A DNA stretch of 64,000 bases from Ptychomitrium polyphyllum (taxonomy: Eukaryota): the NCBI GenBank assembly GCA_973851085.1, contig OZ316775.1:124001-188000 (forward strand), written 5' to 3'. A program made the translations under genes and the position numbers. How positions within the stretch are numbered: position 1 is the stretch's first letter; each line of letters starts with the position of its first letter. The notes below the pieces were generated by a model, which was not told where the DNA came from, ran no database searches, and saw only the letters and a program-made list of their open reading frames with translations. Positions 38,939 through 53,432 of this stretch are shown in pieces.

Positions 38939-40845
38939 CTATAAAATATGATATTTGTTTTGAGCACTTATTGTCTCTCACATGGGAAGTGATGGAGATG
39001 CAAGTACGGTGTACTTTGGTGACAAGAACACAATCTTTGTATTGAAAGACATAGAAGATGCTACATCATCAAAGAATGCATACTTGTAAAATTGTACATG
39101 TGGAACTATTAAGAGTTAATTTAGCTACAATCCATGTAGTGGGTTTAGTGAGGTGTTTTTAAGGGCTTTCGTATTGCAGGACTACACAAAAGGGCTCATC
39201 AAGTGTTTACAATAGTTTCAATTTAGAGAGTTTTGGTGGATAAAATCTCCCTTCATCATTGGCGACCATGCTCTAGTTTAAAGCATAGGCATTCTTGCTC
39301 TCAAATTTTGTATCCATGAGCAAATCCAAATGCCGGCATAAGCAAGTTTTGTTCTTATAGGAGGTTGTTCAGATGTTAACCATTGATTTGCAAAGTGCAT
39401 AATCAACCAAAGGGGTTGTGTTTGGCTAATTTGCCTTGAAAGTGAGACCAAAAATTGCATTTTTTTGTATGCCCATGCATTTAGAATTGTAGTGAGGGGA
39501 AATAATTGTTAATCAAGAAATTTAGGACTTTGATCTCAATATCCAATCTACATCTAATTTTTGTATCTCAATTCAAGTTTGAAGATCTTCATTTGGTCTT
39601 CAAGCATAAACTTGGAATCTATAGCAATAGGTTGATAAATAGAGATTTTATTCACCCAAACACTATATGGTTGGATCTGCCTAACAATCCCTTTTATACA
39701 ATCATACAATGCTCAAATCCATAAAAACCCCCACTATGCCTCTAGTTGGGCTTGTAATTGAATAATAATTTCCACATTAACTTCCTATTATAAAACTTAT
39801 GGAAAAAAGAGTGTTCTTCAATAAATGGTCCTCTTCCTTAAGTAATGACTAACCTCTCTTCAACATCTTATTTCCTCAATCTATTACTTCCAATTAAAAA
39901 AGCTATTAGCAGAAAGAACCAAGTAAGAATTTCCTCAATCTTAAATACTTTTTAAATCCTACTAGTTGATGCTAATCCTTGTGGCTGATACCAAAGAAAA
40001 AAAAGACATTGCATACTGAGCTACTTGACCGATTTAGTATATATTTAACAAATGATTCCTTGAAGAGCCAAATTACAAGGTCAAGAATTATAAAGTCATA
40101 GTACCATCTTTTATCTTTCTTCTAATCATAAATGACAAGAAAAACAATTGCCTATTGCCAATAGTTGTAAGGACAAAAGTCAAGCTTAAGTTAATCCTTG
40201 GAGTTCAAAATGCTTGTTGCAACTAATTTTATAAAACAATATTTTTATTGGATTTGAAATGATTCCGTAAGTCCAATAGATACAACATCAAAAGCTTAGA
40301 TGGATTCATGTTACCATGGTCCTAATGCCTAGTTGAAATCCGATTTGGAACTTCTTGCTATCAAAACTTATAAAAATATGGCAACACATATATCAATTTT
40401 AGAAAATTCTTAAAGGTTAATCTTTAAAGTTCCTTGACTATGTTCTAAAATGACCTTTTCTAATGCAAAGAGAAGAGAGAGGATGATGATGATCATAATA
40501 ATAACAACAATAAAAACATTAAAGATAATAATAATAATAATAAAGATTATTATTAAAAAAATAACTTCTTCTATAAATTGTAGGCTCTTAAATAGGACTA
40601 AAACTACTATAATAAGTTGTAGATTATTTAAAATAAAATTTAGCAATAGGATTTTTAAAAAATTATAAGCTTGGAACAAAAAGAAAAAAGAACTTTGCAC
40701 TACTTCTTATAGAACCAACAAACTTCAAATCCTCGTTGTGCAATAATTTTGCACTACTTAAGTTGATATAAGCTTAAATACTATAATGAATACTTTTGTG
40801 CTCAATCCTTGACATTAAAAAAGGTGCAACAATATGAACATATTT

Positions 40846-43800
40846 TGAAATAAAAAGAGGTCCAAAACATTTCCAATGTGTATATCATTATTTTTGCAAA
40901 CTTAACTCTTTGTAAAGTCTCAATGCAAATGGTTCACCTATAAATTTTTGCCTCTTCATGATGTAAAAATAAAAAAACAAAAAAATAAAATTTGTAGCTC
41001 TAAAATGTAATAGAAGGTGCTCATTTTTTGCATCCTCTTTTATAGAATTAACAAACATTAATTCTTCTTGGAATGAAGCTCTTGCATTATGGAAAGGATT
41101 TTTTGAATCTGTTTTTTTTGGTAAATTTTTACAAGCTGTCTAATCTATTGTTTTAGAAGTATATTTGAACAAATACATAATAGCGAAATAATAAAGCAAT
41201 TTATTTTTATATGTTTTCAATTAAATCAAAGTGGTAGATACTTGAATCACAATATTTTGGCTAATAGTGCATATTATTAAATAAAGCTCCATGAGGTTAT
41301 AAATTATTTATTCTACATTTTTATCACAAAAAGATGTATTGATATTCTTCATGTTGTAGAACTTCCATGGTCCATAATTAATAAAAATGACCACCTGTAA
41401 TAAAACACTATGACTTTATTTAAACTAATTTTGTGACATGCACCACATTGGGCACATAACCAAGCCACTGCTTATGAAACAAAAACATTAATTAAAATTC
41501 AATAATATTTTTTCATAAATACAAACATATCAAAATTTTGTCAAATTAAACGTTTTAAAGGAACACCAATACATTGGATAAATAATAGGACATTTGAAGT
41601 TGTACTAAAACTTAAAATATCTATTCTTTAGAAACCAATTGTTATCTTCTTCTTCTTGCTATTATTATAATAATTTTGTTTCGAAGGAATTATTATTGAA
41701 AGGTTTTTTGCTTTAGTAAGGAAATTTTAGGTATAGTTATTTTTTCAAATTTATTTATATATATTTTTTCTATAAGAGCAGGAATTAACCATAAAGTTAA
41801 ATTAGATTAATTTCTTGTCTTTATTTTATCTTTTTCGGCCTTTGGCAAAGGCTTTGCACCCCCCCCTACGCTTCATTGTTAAAAATTAGTACTAATCAAA
41901 GACAATATAGTTAACCACCACTTCTAAAACCTAATTCCTTCATTGCATTACCACTAAAACATAACATAACTTTTATCAACCACCTCTTGAATCCAAGCTC
42001 TCCCAATAGGAATGTCACACCTCAAAAATGAATTCAAAGAAAATTGGAGTACAATGGAAGAAGAAAGATGAGTGCAATGGCAAGTTGTCAATGCTTCTCA
42101 CCATTCATAATTCTCCAAAAATCTCCCCATCTTTGGAGGTGAAGAAATTCTTGGAGAATAAAAAATGATGAGAATCAAACAACTGCACACCTTGCCCATC
42201 TTTCCCCTCCAATCCATCCATCCATATCTCATCGAAGTATTTTACCATCCATCCATATCTCATCGAAGTATTTTACCATCCATCAATTCTCTACGAAGCA
42301 ATTATCTGAGGTGTCACACCCCCAATAGAGCATTGTGTGAAACTCTGTACAACATACCACCAGTCATTATGAACAATTGACATTGGCAAAGTGACAAGCA
42401 AGGCAATTGGGATGAAATGCAAAATTTGCTAGCTGAATGCTATTACCATACCAAGAAAATTCATCTGGTCAAAAAGCATAAGTGAGCCATTCCATAGTAC
42501 GTGTTACAGTACCAAATGCACAAACACGAACCATTCCAGTTTATATAACCGGTCCGGAGCCTACAGGTGATCCAAAACCAACAATTGGAAATTATACACA
42601 GAAGTGAACCACCGGATAAAGCTCTACAAACACAACCTAGTTTAAAAAAAACAAGGAGCACCCAGGCGTCTGAATAGTGACTGCATTATAAGTATACATA
42701 GAGCAAATCTGTTCCAGAGTCCACTACTAGACTCCTAGAAGATATCAATGACAACTGTATGTTAGGCAATGAGCTACACCGCACGCGCACAGCTGCACTG
42801 AGGGTAACTGATTGGGAGCCACTTATGTACAGTGTTACAGACCGGCCTCGATAGACGCTGCATACATAATTAGATCTTTCTCAATCAATCACCTGCCCCC
42901 CTTCGGAGTCTCAAAAATATAAATTGAAAGCCACGTAACCGCCAACTTGCACAAGGGGGAAGGACTGTTGGAACAGCCACTTGCTTCGTGACTTCACTCA
43001 ATACGCCACCAAGACGCAAACAAATGGATGTTGACATGCAGCTGTAATCAGACAAACTACTGGACGGACAATTGGGCTGTGCGCGCCCCTGGCTTCACAC
43101 AAGCCTCTCTAATACATTCTGACGGGTCAACCATACCCGTCGGTGATATACAAACCAGACTAAAACAGAACCCCACCACCTCACAACTACTCCTCCACCA
43201 CCGATTGCGAGTACTCGCTGCGCCAATAATTCACGTCATTGAAGTCCGAATTCCCACTAGCGGGATCCTTCGCTTCACCCTCCACTTCACTCTCGTGACG
43301 CTCATCCTTAAACATGGGTACAGCCTCGCCTACGACTCCCTCCTTCAGCATCTTTTCCATGGCTTTGATCGTGCCGTCTGGCTCTACACCTGCAACTTCT
43401 TCACCTGCGGCACATCCTCAAGGTTAGCACAATGAACAAACAATCATGCCCACTGCCACCACGCAAACACGCAGCTCCAAAAGCCTACAGTTGCTTTGGA
43501 ACCTCAAACGAATACAAAGATGTAGCGACGTCATATTCATGATTCACCTGTTATTGGATTGATCATGTGTCCTTCCGCTGGCACAAGCTCATGCACAAAC
43601 TCAGCAGGGCTGACTGTAGGTTCCGAATCAAGTGTCACACCTTTTGATCCGCCTTCACTAGAAACGGCTGCCTCCCCAGCTGGCCCCACGTGGTCTGGAA
43701 AATCCACATCAAATGGGTTCTTATCATCAAACACATGCAACCCCCCTGTCAACCCTGAACCAGCTGTGCCCACACAAACCTTGCTCTCAGTACTTGTATA

Positions 43801-46800
43801 AAATACTCATTCCCGAAACATTCCAAAACCACCCGAAATCCACTCCGTCATTCTCCACACCCGTCAACCAAGGGCTTACAAACGCTCATCGAGAAACACC
43901 ATCACACATGCCACCACACAATTCCCCACAGCATCAGCTTAACAACGACATTCACAGCACCTGCACCGGGTTCCTGCTGTCGTTGTGGGAACGATGAGGG
44001 GTTGTCCGACAGATCAACTCTCTCCAGTTTTGAGCTTAATTCCGTCTCCTCTATATAACGGAATGTTGGACTGCCTAAGCCTTCGTGCTCCAGTCCGTTC
44101 ACAAGCCTGTCCTCCACCTTTCCGCTCATTCTCGCACTATCATGAGCCGAACTGGCAGTGTCCACAAGGTCTTCGTCCTCTCCCAGAACCACTTCGTCGT
44201 CGCTGCTACTGTCTCCACTACTATTCGGGGGTGACACAACGTTACCAGATGGTCCACCCTCGTTCCGAGGTGGAGATGTTATCAGGAAAGTTGGAGTGGA
44301 CTCCTCCGTTGACCTGGTAAAATCGTCCTGAAACGCAAACCAGTTCGAGTTCGGACCAAACATGCTCTCCGACCTACCACTGCGTCACCAATCACGGGAG
44401 TCAGTTTCGGAACAGAAGCACACAGTAAACCAAGCCACTCTCCATCCAATCCTCTCCATTCCAGACGTTAGCACCCAACATGTCGCAATACGATGAACCC
44501 GACGCAAAGTGCCCTCAAGATTCACCAACAGAAAACATGAGGAGAACCTAAACACCTGTCCTGCTCTTCACCGAGTCGCAACGATGATATCACAACTTCA
44601 GCAGACTCGTCGTCAAAAAACATGTCCTGCACACACCGCCAACGCTCAGTTGCATCCCAAAGCGTTTATTCAACACTCGAAACACACATCCTGACCTCGA
44701 AACACAACACCTCGGCTACAACATATAACACATCTGACAAAGTGAGACCACAAGACGACAACGTTCCAGAAAGAAAACAACGCAGAAAGACTTCTAACAG
44801 GTCATGTAACGGGTCATACCTCCTCATCTCTCTCCATTGCCCCGTGACCCTGCTCATTGCAAAGCCCACATTCAAGTACGATACCAAGTACACATCAGTA
44901 GATTCCTTCACAAAACACTTCTATTGCAGTATGCCATTGCAACATTTGCACAACATACCAAATGCAAACGACACTTCCGCCTGCCAAGGGCCGAAGATCC
45001 AGCACACCAGATTCGGACATACCTCTTCCGCATCATCGTTATCAAACATGCCGTAACGATAAACCTCACGATTTATGTTATTCGCCATTGTCGATATGTC
45101 ATAATCTCTATCAGGGAAGTCATCCTCGTCATTATCTACAGGCCGATCATGTACAGCTGTCGGTCGACTGCACATAAACACCAGAACATCCTCAGTTGCA
45201 ATCTCGCACCCGTTCAAAAAAAACTTTCACCACACAAACCAGAGACCTCTGCTGTACCATCTCCACCACAAACATTCCCTTCCATCATAACCTGACCCTA
45301 TCAGGCTGGAATTGCCCGGCATCAACATCAAAAGATATGCACCAAAATGCCACCAATCATCCTTTTCCGCCACACATACCCGCACGACCACTGGAACACG
45401 TTCTCGATCAAGTTCCGTTGCTGCAAAACTTTCGACACCCATTCGCTCCACTTTGGATTGCCCTGCAAACTCACCGACCATATGTCAGCCAACAGCTGCA
45501 AATCATCTGCGTGCAGCACAACTGGACCCAGTAATGATGGGACACGACGGACCTGTAGATGGCCTTGAATAGTAGGGTTCGAGTTAGACGCCTGATTGAT
45601 CCTGTTAGCAAGACGCGTAAGATGTCCCATGTTCCCTATCCTCGTCGGTGACTTACTCACTGCTGGCTTTGGCTGCACATCAATCACCCGGGTCAAACTC
45701 AAGCAACTCCACCTCGACAAAACAGTAGACCCAGACGAACATTCAACTTGCATTCTCGCAAGAGCAGACTCATCTCTCCATCAAGAAAAGCTACCACCAT
45801 AGATGACGGCGGTCGTCCTACTCCACCAGCCAGGTTAACTGTCAATAAACTTGCTCGAAACACCAAACACCTCCCAACTATCAAGAAAATTAAACGAAGC
45901 ACATCCATAGCAGACTCACAGCTGCCAAATGAGACTTAGTCGCCATGCTACAGTACCTCTGCATGACTGTCAGGCGCATACGGGTTCTCGTCCGCAGCCA
46001 ATAATTTATCCAGAAATTTGCACGCTTGAAACAAGTGGTCAATCAACTCTTTATTGTTGCTCTCCAAGCACGACGTCACGATACTCTCCACATGATGGTG
46101 CAGCATATTGTTGAACGGGTAACTGCCCCACCGCAAAACACAAAACCAACCAACGCAACATTGATCATGCATCAAGCTCGAGGTCATCATATTTGGCCGC
46201 CTCATACCGCACTCAGCCAAATCCAACAACACTCGCACAAACAAGTATCTATGCAACCCAGAGAACTGGTCAACGTACTCAAAAAACAGCTTCAGCACTA
46301 GTTGGATGGCTCCCGACTTCACCAACTCGTGTCTAGCACCTTCGCTGTTTGCCCTCAGAAGAACCGCAATGAACTCCACGATCTGCCCACACGTCCACAA
46401 CATCAGAACAGCGTGACATTTCATCGCCCAATTGATGTGTGCTCAAAGGAAGGACCACTCTACCCCGCTACCATCGTCTACAACTTCACATACGCATGAC
46501 CAGAGCCCGGCTCCTACCTTCAGCCTGTGAATCCCCAGAGGTGGCTGAAGCCGCCCATACGTGGTAGGCAACATCTTCTCATCCTTAGACACATCCAACA
46601 CTGCGAGCAAGTCACCTGCACACACAAAAACGAAACATAACACTGCTCATAAGCGAAAAGTCCACATAACCACCCCACCCCCTTTCCGTCAGAAAAGCTC
46701 CCATTGCCTATTCCATCATCCTCTCGACTACACTCCTGAAGCTCGAATCCCAATCCTCGCATCAAGTGTTGCACGCTCCGCCACCTCACCTAGCCTTTGA

Positions 46801-49800
46801 AGCATGCCTTCCACTGTCTCCGGGTTTGCAGTGGTCACGGGCTCAGTCACGTGCTGCCCACGAGCGGCACCTGCGGCTGCAACACTAGCAGCCCTCTTTG
46901 GATCCAACAGAGATATACACACAGAAAGTGAATGCACAAGGGTGGACTTTGATTCCGGATCTTCCAGTACGTGGTGAAATAGGCGCCCCACAAACCTGCA
47001 ACACAATGTTGCAGACTCACATAAGCAACCGACGACAAAATGAATGAAACCTGGAGTAAATCTGAAACCAGTCCCTACAGCAAATGCGATGCACCACTAA
47101 CACCAGCCTTCCCATCATGACCAAACGCGCCAAAATATGCCACTCCCTCCCAGAAGAAAGCTCATCGCTCTGAGACTGCATGCTTCATAGGACATGGCCG
47201 TCTATACGGCACACCGCTGGTCAATCTAAACGATTCGTAAACACTACAAAACGAACGATGAACGCCCAGAGCACGTACTTTGGACTCGACAGCTTTGAAG
47301 CCAGTGCCGATGGAGCTATGCGCGTCACAGCCGACAATGTCTCAGCAGCGTTTGCATGCACCTCTGACGAATTCTGCACCAAAGCAAGATACAACATCCA
47401 TCAGCTGACCAGGATGCATGGACCACCAAACATGGCAGCCACACTTGTGCGCCCAACCGACACTAACCTGCCTGACAATCTCCTCACCATCACAGCACGT
47501 GGAAAAGCTGCCAACACCGACACCGACCCATTCACATTCAAGCACCCTCCTTGCCGGCCAACAGCACCCTCACGAACTACTGCCCAAACAGCACACAAGA
47601 TGGTGTAGGACGGAAGTACCGGCGGGCTAAGCTTGTCTACGAGCATCTCCAGAAGATCAGTGTCTGCCAGCCATTGCAGCGAATCCACATGAAACGCATA
47701 TATATGTTCGTCTGCACCCACCAGCCGTACCAAAACCTACAAAGTGCACACACCCTCACAGTCGTAACAACGCACCAAATATTCCAATGGTCAACACCAC
47801 GCCGCAGAAACACAAATAGCTTCCGGACATCATCACGCTACCAGGTGGATGACAGCAACAAACTCACCTCCATGATGGACGTAATACCAATCAAATCAAC
47901 CAATTTCTTTAACACCTCCTGGTGAGCCTGGACGAGATCAACAGAAGCGGAACATCAGAGACAAAGATCTTGCTGAATCACAGGATTGCATCGTGGTGTT
48001 TCCAAACAGATGTATCAAAAACAAACTGGTTCAACGTTGACGTGTGCCAGAATTACAAAAATAAAAAAGGAAAGGGAAGAGGCATAAAATCAGGAGTCAT
48101 CCAGTCCCCTGGGTCTTACTTGTAAATACCGCATCACTGGAACAGTCTTCTTAAGCAACAAGCAGATAACCACCTGCATCCGCAAATTGCAACGCGGCAG
48201 AACACGCTCTCAGTTTTTCAATATCAGTGCTCATTAAAACCACCCGAACTCTGCTGCACGTCCCAGCTACTACAACATCACCCAGTTCTCAGACATCGGC
48301 AACAAAACGTCACAAACATACAGAACATAAAAACACCAGCGACGACTCAAGACTACGTCCTACAGAACCCAGAAACCCCATCCGTGACTCTCCACCACGG
48401 AGAAGTGCCGCCCGTACTACACGTCGGTATTTACCTTACTAAAGTACCCTGCCAGCAACGTCCCATGCGGTCGATCAGACTCCAAAAATGAAAAGAGGTA
48501 ATTCATGATCTGCAATGACAGACAACGTGTGCACCATCAGACAATGGAAGCACAGATCCATTGCCATATACCTCGCAGCACTCAATCCTCATCAATCAAG
48601 GCAATGATCGTCACTGGACAACCTGATCGAGACAGGGTCACAATCATCGCGACACGTAACATTGCAAACTTTGATGCAAGGATGTCAAGGACCTCCAAAA
48701 TGGTACCTGTAAAACTCTATAAACACGTAGCCTCTACATCATTAGCGGTCATACTATCATTATATATCAAGACGTATGAGTTGTACCTCCTCATCCTCAA
48801 CTAAAGTCTTGAAAATGACATCTATCTCGCACGTGAAAATCTCGCATGCAATGAATGGAAACCTGCACGAACCAGAACATAAGAATCTCAGCAACCAACC
48901 ACGCACTGCAGTCCAGCAACCGCATCAATCCCACATAATGTCTTGACACAGGCAGCTGTAACCCATGATATCAAAATCTTTCCAAATGCAAGTATGCAAG
49001 GGACTCCCCAGATTAAATTTCTTCAAACTCGTACAAATAATAAAGGTTCGGTTATGATTAGAAGTATGGTTATGGTTATGGTCAACTCACTTAAATGCAC
49101 GCTTGCTATCTGCATTTTCAGGTGGCTCCTCGACTACATAACGGAGCAGCGCATGCACTTGGGTCTTCCCACGCATGCTGTAAACAATCACGATAACAGC
49201 TTTTCAAATGCACGATCTTAATAAAAAGCACGGTTGCCCACAGTGCATGTTCTAACTCAGTAAAAGAAATCACGGTCATTCCAAAATCTGAGATACATTC
49301 CATCGCTAAGCATGAGTTCTGATCAACAGTGGGACCATGCAAGCAAACGAAGCTTTGTCCTACGGTGGAACAACGGAAGCATAGAATCCGTTTTGGGGCG
49401 CTTAGCAATTTGAATTACAGCGTTCGAAGGTGCCAAACTACAGTGCATCAACTGGACAAACTCCACATTGAGCATAACCACGACCATTGGCGTGGATACT
49501 TACAAATTAATAAGGCGGCTGTTGAGAGCTTTGCACTCCTGGATGATTTCATCCTCGTCCAGGAGTTCCTCCAAGGTGTAGCCATCTTTATCAAGCACCG
49601 ACTCAACCTGGACGAACACGGACATGCCAATTCAACAGTCAGTTCAACCTGCGCCAACCCTTACTATTCTGCACAGATGCTCCAGAAATGGGCAAACCCG
49701 TTCTTTGAAACATGCAGTAATAAAGTGTTTGACATACAGACGTCTCTATACCCCACGATTTCATCAAATTTCCACGCCGCCACCAGTAACCCTCGAAGCA

Positions 49801-51537
49801 GAGCATCCAGGCTTACGCTACACATTAGATAGGTTGGCCCTACCATTGTAAAACCCCTCCCTACACCGGCACATCATCTCATTTTCGATACCTACAACAT
49901 ACAGCATGCCACCATCCTCTTAACTGTCGACGCAAGAGATGAATTGCACTTATGTCCTCACACAACCGGTGTGCAAATGACCATGCGGAAAGTTAGAAGC
50001 AGACTTCTATGGCCACCAAGGTGCTCTCACTCTACTGGGCGGAAGTACAATGTTCCGAGCTTGCAAGGCAACTACCATCGTGTACTTATTGGTTTTCCAA
50101 AGGACGTTAACCAAAAACTACCAGGCCTTAAAGATCGACGAGACTGCAATCGAGCTCTGTTTCTAACCTGCAACCACATGATCACGCCTCAATACGCAAA
50201 GACGTACTGAGCCATGTACATCTTGCATTCCACTTTGAAACGACGACACAATCAGCTGGAGTGTTGCGAGAATTCGCCGGAGGGACTGTATAATGCGAAA
50301 TTCGTAATGCGATACCAGCGATAGGTCAAACCACCAACGTCCAAAAAAAATCGCATATATTGCCCCTCATTATTGAGAGACACTGTCGCGTTCCTCATAA
50401 TCGCAGCATCTCTCATGTGCGAAAAAAGATCATCTTGCTGCTGATTCGAATCACAAGCTCATTGCAGCTTGCACTGAGCTCTAGGACCCGGTCAATCTCA
50501 ACTGCCACCGTATTTCGACGTCAAAAATGCACATGACGTACCATCAGTAGTCCTGGTAATGCACAATTTCGGCAGAACCGACTCTAAAAGCGATTTAGAT
50601 TCCCATACGAAGGGACAGGGAAAAACCAAGGCCCCTCGACACAGTTTGTGCAGACTCGACAGACAAGCCGTCCCTCTAACCAGAACAATCACATAAGACA
50701 GCTGCCTTCCCCTCTCTTCCGCACCGCAGCCCGCCACAATTGCAGAGAACGACTCACCGGAGAAGTAGTCGATAGACCAGCTACTCGCCAAAACATTTTT
50801 TTCAGAAAGCCTTCAATCTCTGTTGATTCTTGCCGCCCTGAATCTCTCTAGCTGTTCGGAGCTCGGCCGCTGCCGGACGGAGAAACGCTTTCCGCTTGCG
50901 CTCCTCCACTACACCACCTGGTTTTCCCGGAAAAGATCTGTGTTGCTAACGGACACCTCGTCAACTCCACCTTCCCGCCCAACAATAACCCCACTCCACC
51001 AACCAATCCTGCGCCTCAGTCTTCCCAGAATCCCCTCCCACGCTCCTCCTTGCGACAGAACGGCACAAAATCCGCTCAGCCGAGCTCCTTGCACTGTGAT
51101 CTCGCTCATACGATCTTTAGCGCCAACCTCTATCCCGGCACTTCATACACGCCCCCCTCTGCAGACCCGGTTGCATCCACACCTTCATTCCCTTCTCACA
51201 AACACAGCCGCCACTCCCACTCCTCCCGAACTCCCCTCCACAGCATCAGAATGCACGGCATCCACAGCCAAAACTCCTCTCCCGCGCTCCCGCCGCGCCA
51301 ACAGACCTGGGATTCGTCCGCGCCCGCAGCGCCGTCCACGCTCCACAACACTCAGTCGCTGCCCTCCCGTTCCCAACGTAGGAAACAGAGAAGCGCCCCG
51401 CGCCAAACCCTAATGCTCCGGTTCTACCTCCACAACGAAGCGTTCGAATCGAGGAAACGGACGAGCTCCCCGAGCTCACGCCGCAGCAGCGATGGCTGAC
51501 ACGAAGCAGCGGGTGATTGCAGCAGAGGGCGAGGGCG
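40846..51537 (-). repeat. Right arm of the ~10.7 kb inverted duplication
   Basis: Reverse complement of 17426-28117 with no net indel. At least one substitution was seen: 21797 A vs 47166 C, which reads G on the minus strand. Confidence 0.97.
43187..50796 (-). CDS. Second, apparently identical copy of the SAPS/PP6R gene (21 coding exons, mirror coordinates 68963-x)
   Basis: CAT at 50794-50796 and stop CTA at 43187-43189. All exon-derived ORF translations are identical to the + strand copy. Confidence 0.95.
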
Positions 51538-52199
51538 CGGACGAGGGGGCGGGTACGACAATCCGTTTTTCGAGGGCGGAGCTCTGAGCTCGAACGGAAG
51601 CACCGAAGTGAAAATACGCCCCGTTGCGCTGCCAGGGCTCGTCGTCACTCCTCCGACGACTCCTCGTGCTCCTTTCACACTGGTGCTTCCTCGCGTCCCC
51701 GGCGGAGTTATCGCGCCCTTGCCGTCCACGTCGGTTGTTCCTTCATATCGAATTTATAGGTGAGTTTCCTCTCCTGTTGTCATGAGAGGCCTTGTTCACA
51801 CATGCGAGCTTGGGGAGCTGGCCGGAGGGCTTAGAGTATTGCATGAGGGAGGGCGGCAGAAGTAGGGACTCTTTTTGACCTGGTCTAACGTGGTGCTATA
51901 TGAGATCCTGCTATTTGTAGGTAGGAAGACGGCGTGCAGTACTTCATGCCTTGTTGGAGGACCCTATGCTTGCAAAATGTTTGTGATTTGTTATTTGTGA
52001 TTTGACTATGCCAGTGGGGCATTGCACATTGAGAATCTGGATTTTCATCATTCAAGTTTGAGTTAGGTCATGTAAGGCACAATAATTCTTGGAGTGGATA
52101 GATCTTAACATGTTAGAGTGTATGAGTTTCATAAAACTCCTTGCTAATTGGAGGGTATATTAATTCACACAATCATTCTTTTAATTTGTCAATGATTCA

Positions 52200-53432
52200 A
52201 GTTTTGTTTTGTTGTCCAATATAGTCTTTTACCCTAATTCTTTAATAGTTGAATTCCATCATTTACACAAAAATTGTTCCATACTAAGTTCCCATTATAT
52301 ATTGAGACTTTCAAAATTTATATCTAAGTCATTTTAGATCCAAATGCCATGATTTAAATGACATTGGCATTGGAAAGCTAACTATAAAGGCTATGAGATT
52401 AATATATTATTCTAAAAGTTAGCAAAAATCTAAACTGCTGATCAATATTCAACTATGGTTTATTGGATTTTCCAATTTCAACTTCCCACAACAAGGCTAA
52501 CTTCCCACAATAAGGTTCCTACAATAAGGCTAACTTTCTAAATACCATAGCAAATTCACTATAATTCCAAATTGAGTATTCTAAATGGCATTGGAGAGCT
52601 AGTAATAAGGTTTATCATAATATGAAATGAAATGAATAATTAGATCCAAATTCAAGGATTAATTAAGACATGATTGTGGCTTACTAGAATAGTGGTTTTT
52701 TCCACTTAAATCGTAGATACATGCTTCTAAACCTAGATTAGCAATTTTAACTTCAAAATCTCCTGTATCTTTTTTATAAGGCCACTCTACTTTTATCTAT
52801 GAAGAATATTGAAAAAAAAGAGCAAGAAAAGAAAAACGTAAGGGAATTATGCAAGAAATGAAAGAGGAATGAAAATAATCAATTAAAGAGAATGAAAGAG
52901 AGTTTCTTTTATCCTATCTCTTCCCTTCAACTTGTGCCAATTGTTATGGGACTTTTTAACTGGCGTCGCAATGCCATAATGCTACATCAACTTGCTCCAC
53001 CAACCTTATTTACAATTTCAAGGCTTTTTAGTCTTAATTAAGTAACATTTGACCATTACCTAATTTAATTTTTAACCCCTAATTTAATACTTATTAGAGT
53101 TGATCTCTTATTTTTCTATATCAAGCCATATTTTGCTTTTATTGGTGGAAAATTTCCTACCTTCATCTAATTTAATTTCTAATCTAATTTAAAATTACTA
53201 ACTCATTTAATTTGTAAAAATTTCCTTCTTTTTTTAATTCAACCAATTCCTTATTCCTAATACATATAAACTTCTAATAACTGCCTAATTTGTATAATAA
53301 ATTCTTTAAAAGCTAACTACATTGTAAATGGGGCCCTTTGACCTTACTTAGGCCTAATTCCAACTAATAACATCATTTTTTTTAATCAATTTAAAGCAAA
53401 AACAACAAAATGAATTCATTCTAGGGCTTGCA
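52200..53432 (-). repeat. LTR-like repeat (family C), inserted at the end of a gypsy integrase
   Basis: Reverse-complement homology to 1735-2690. Starts TGCAAGCCCTAG on the minus strand at 53432. The far end is approximate. Confidence 0.65.

Noticed and set aside
40410..40700. Hydrophobic Ile-rich ORFs on both strands resembling a small membrane protein
   Set aside because: They are translations of (ATA)n/(GAT)n microsatellite-like AT-rich sequence.
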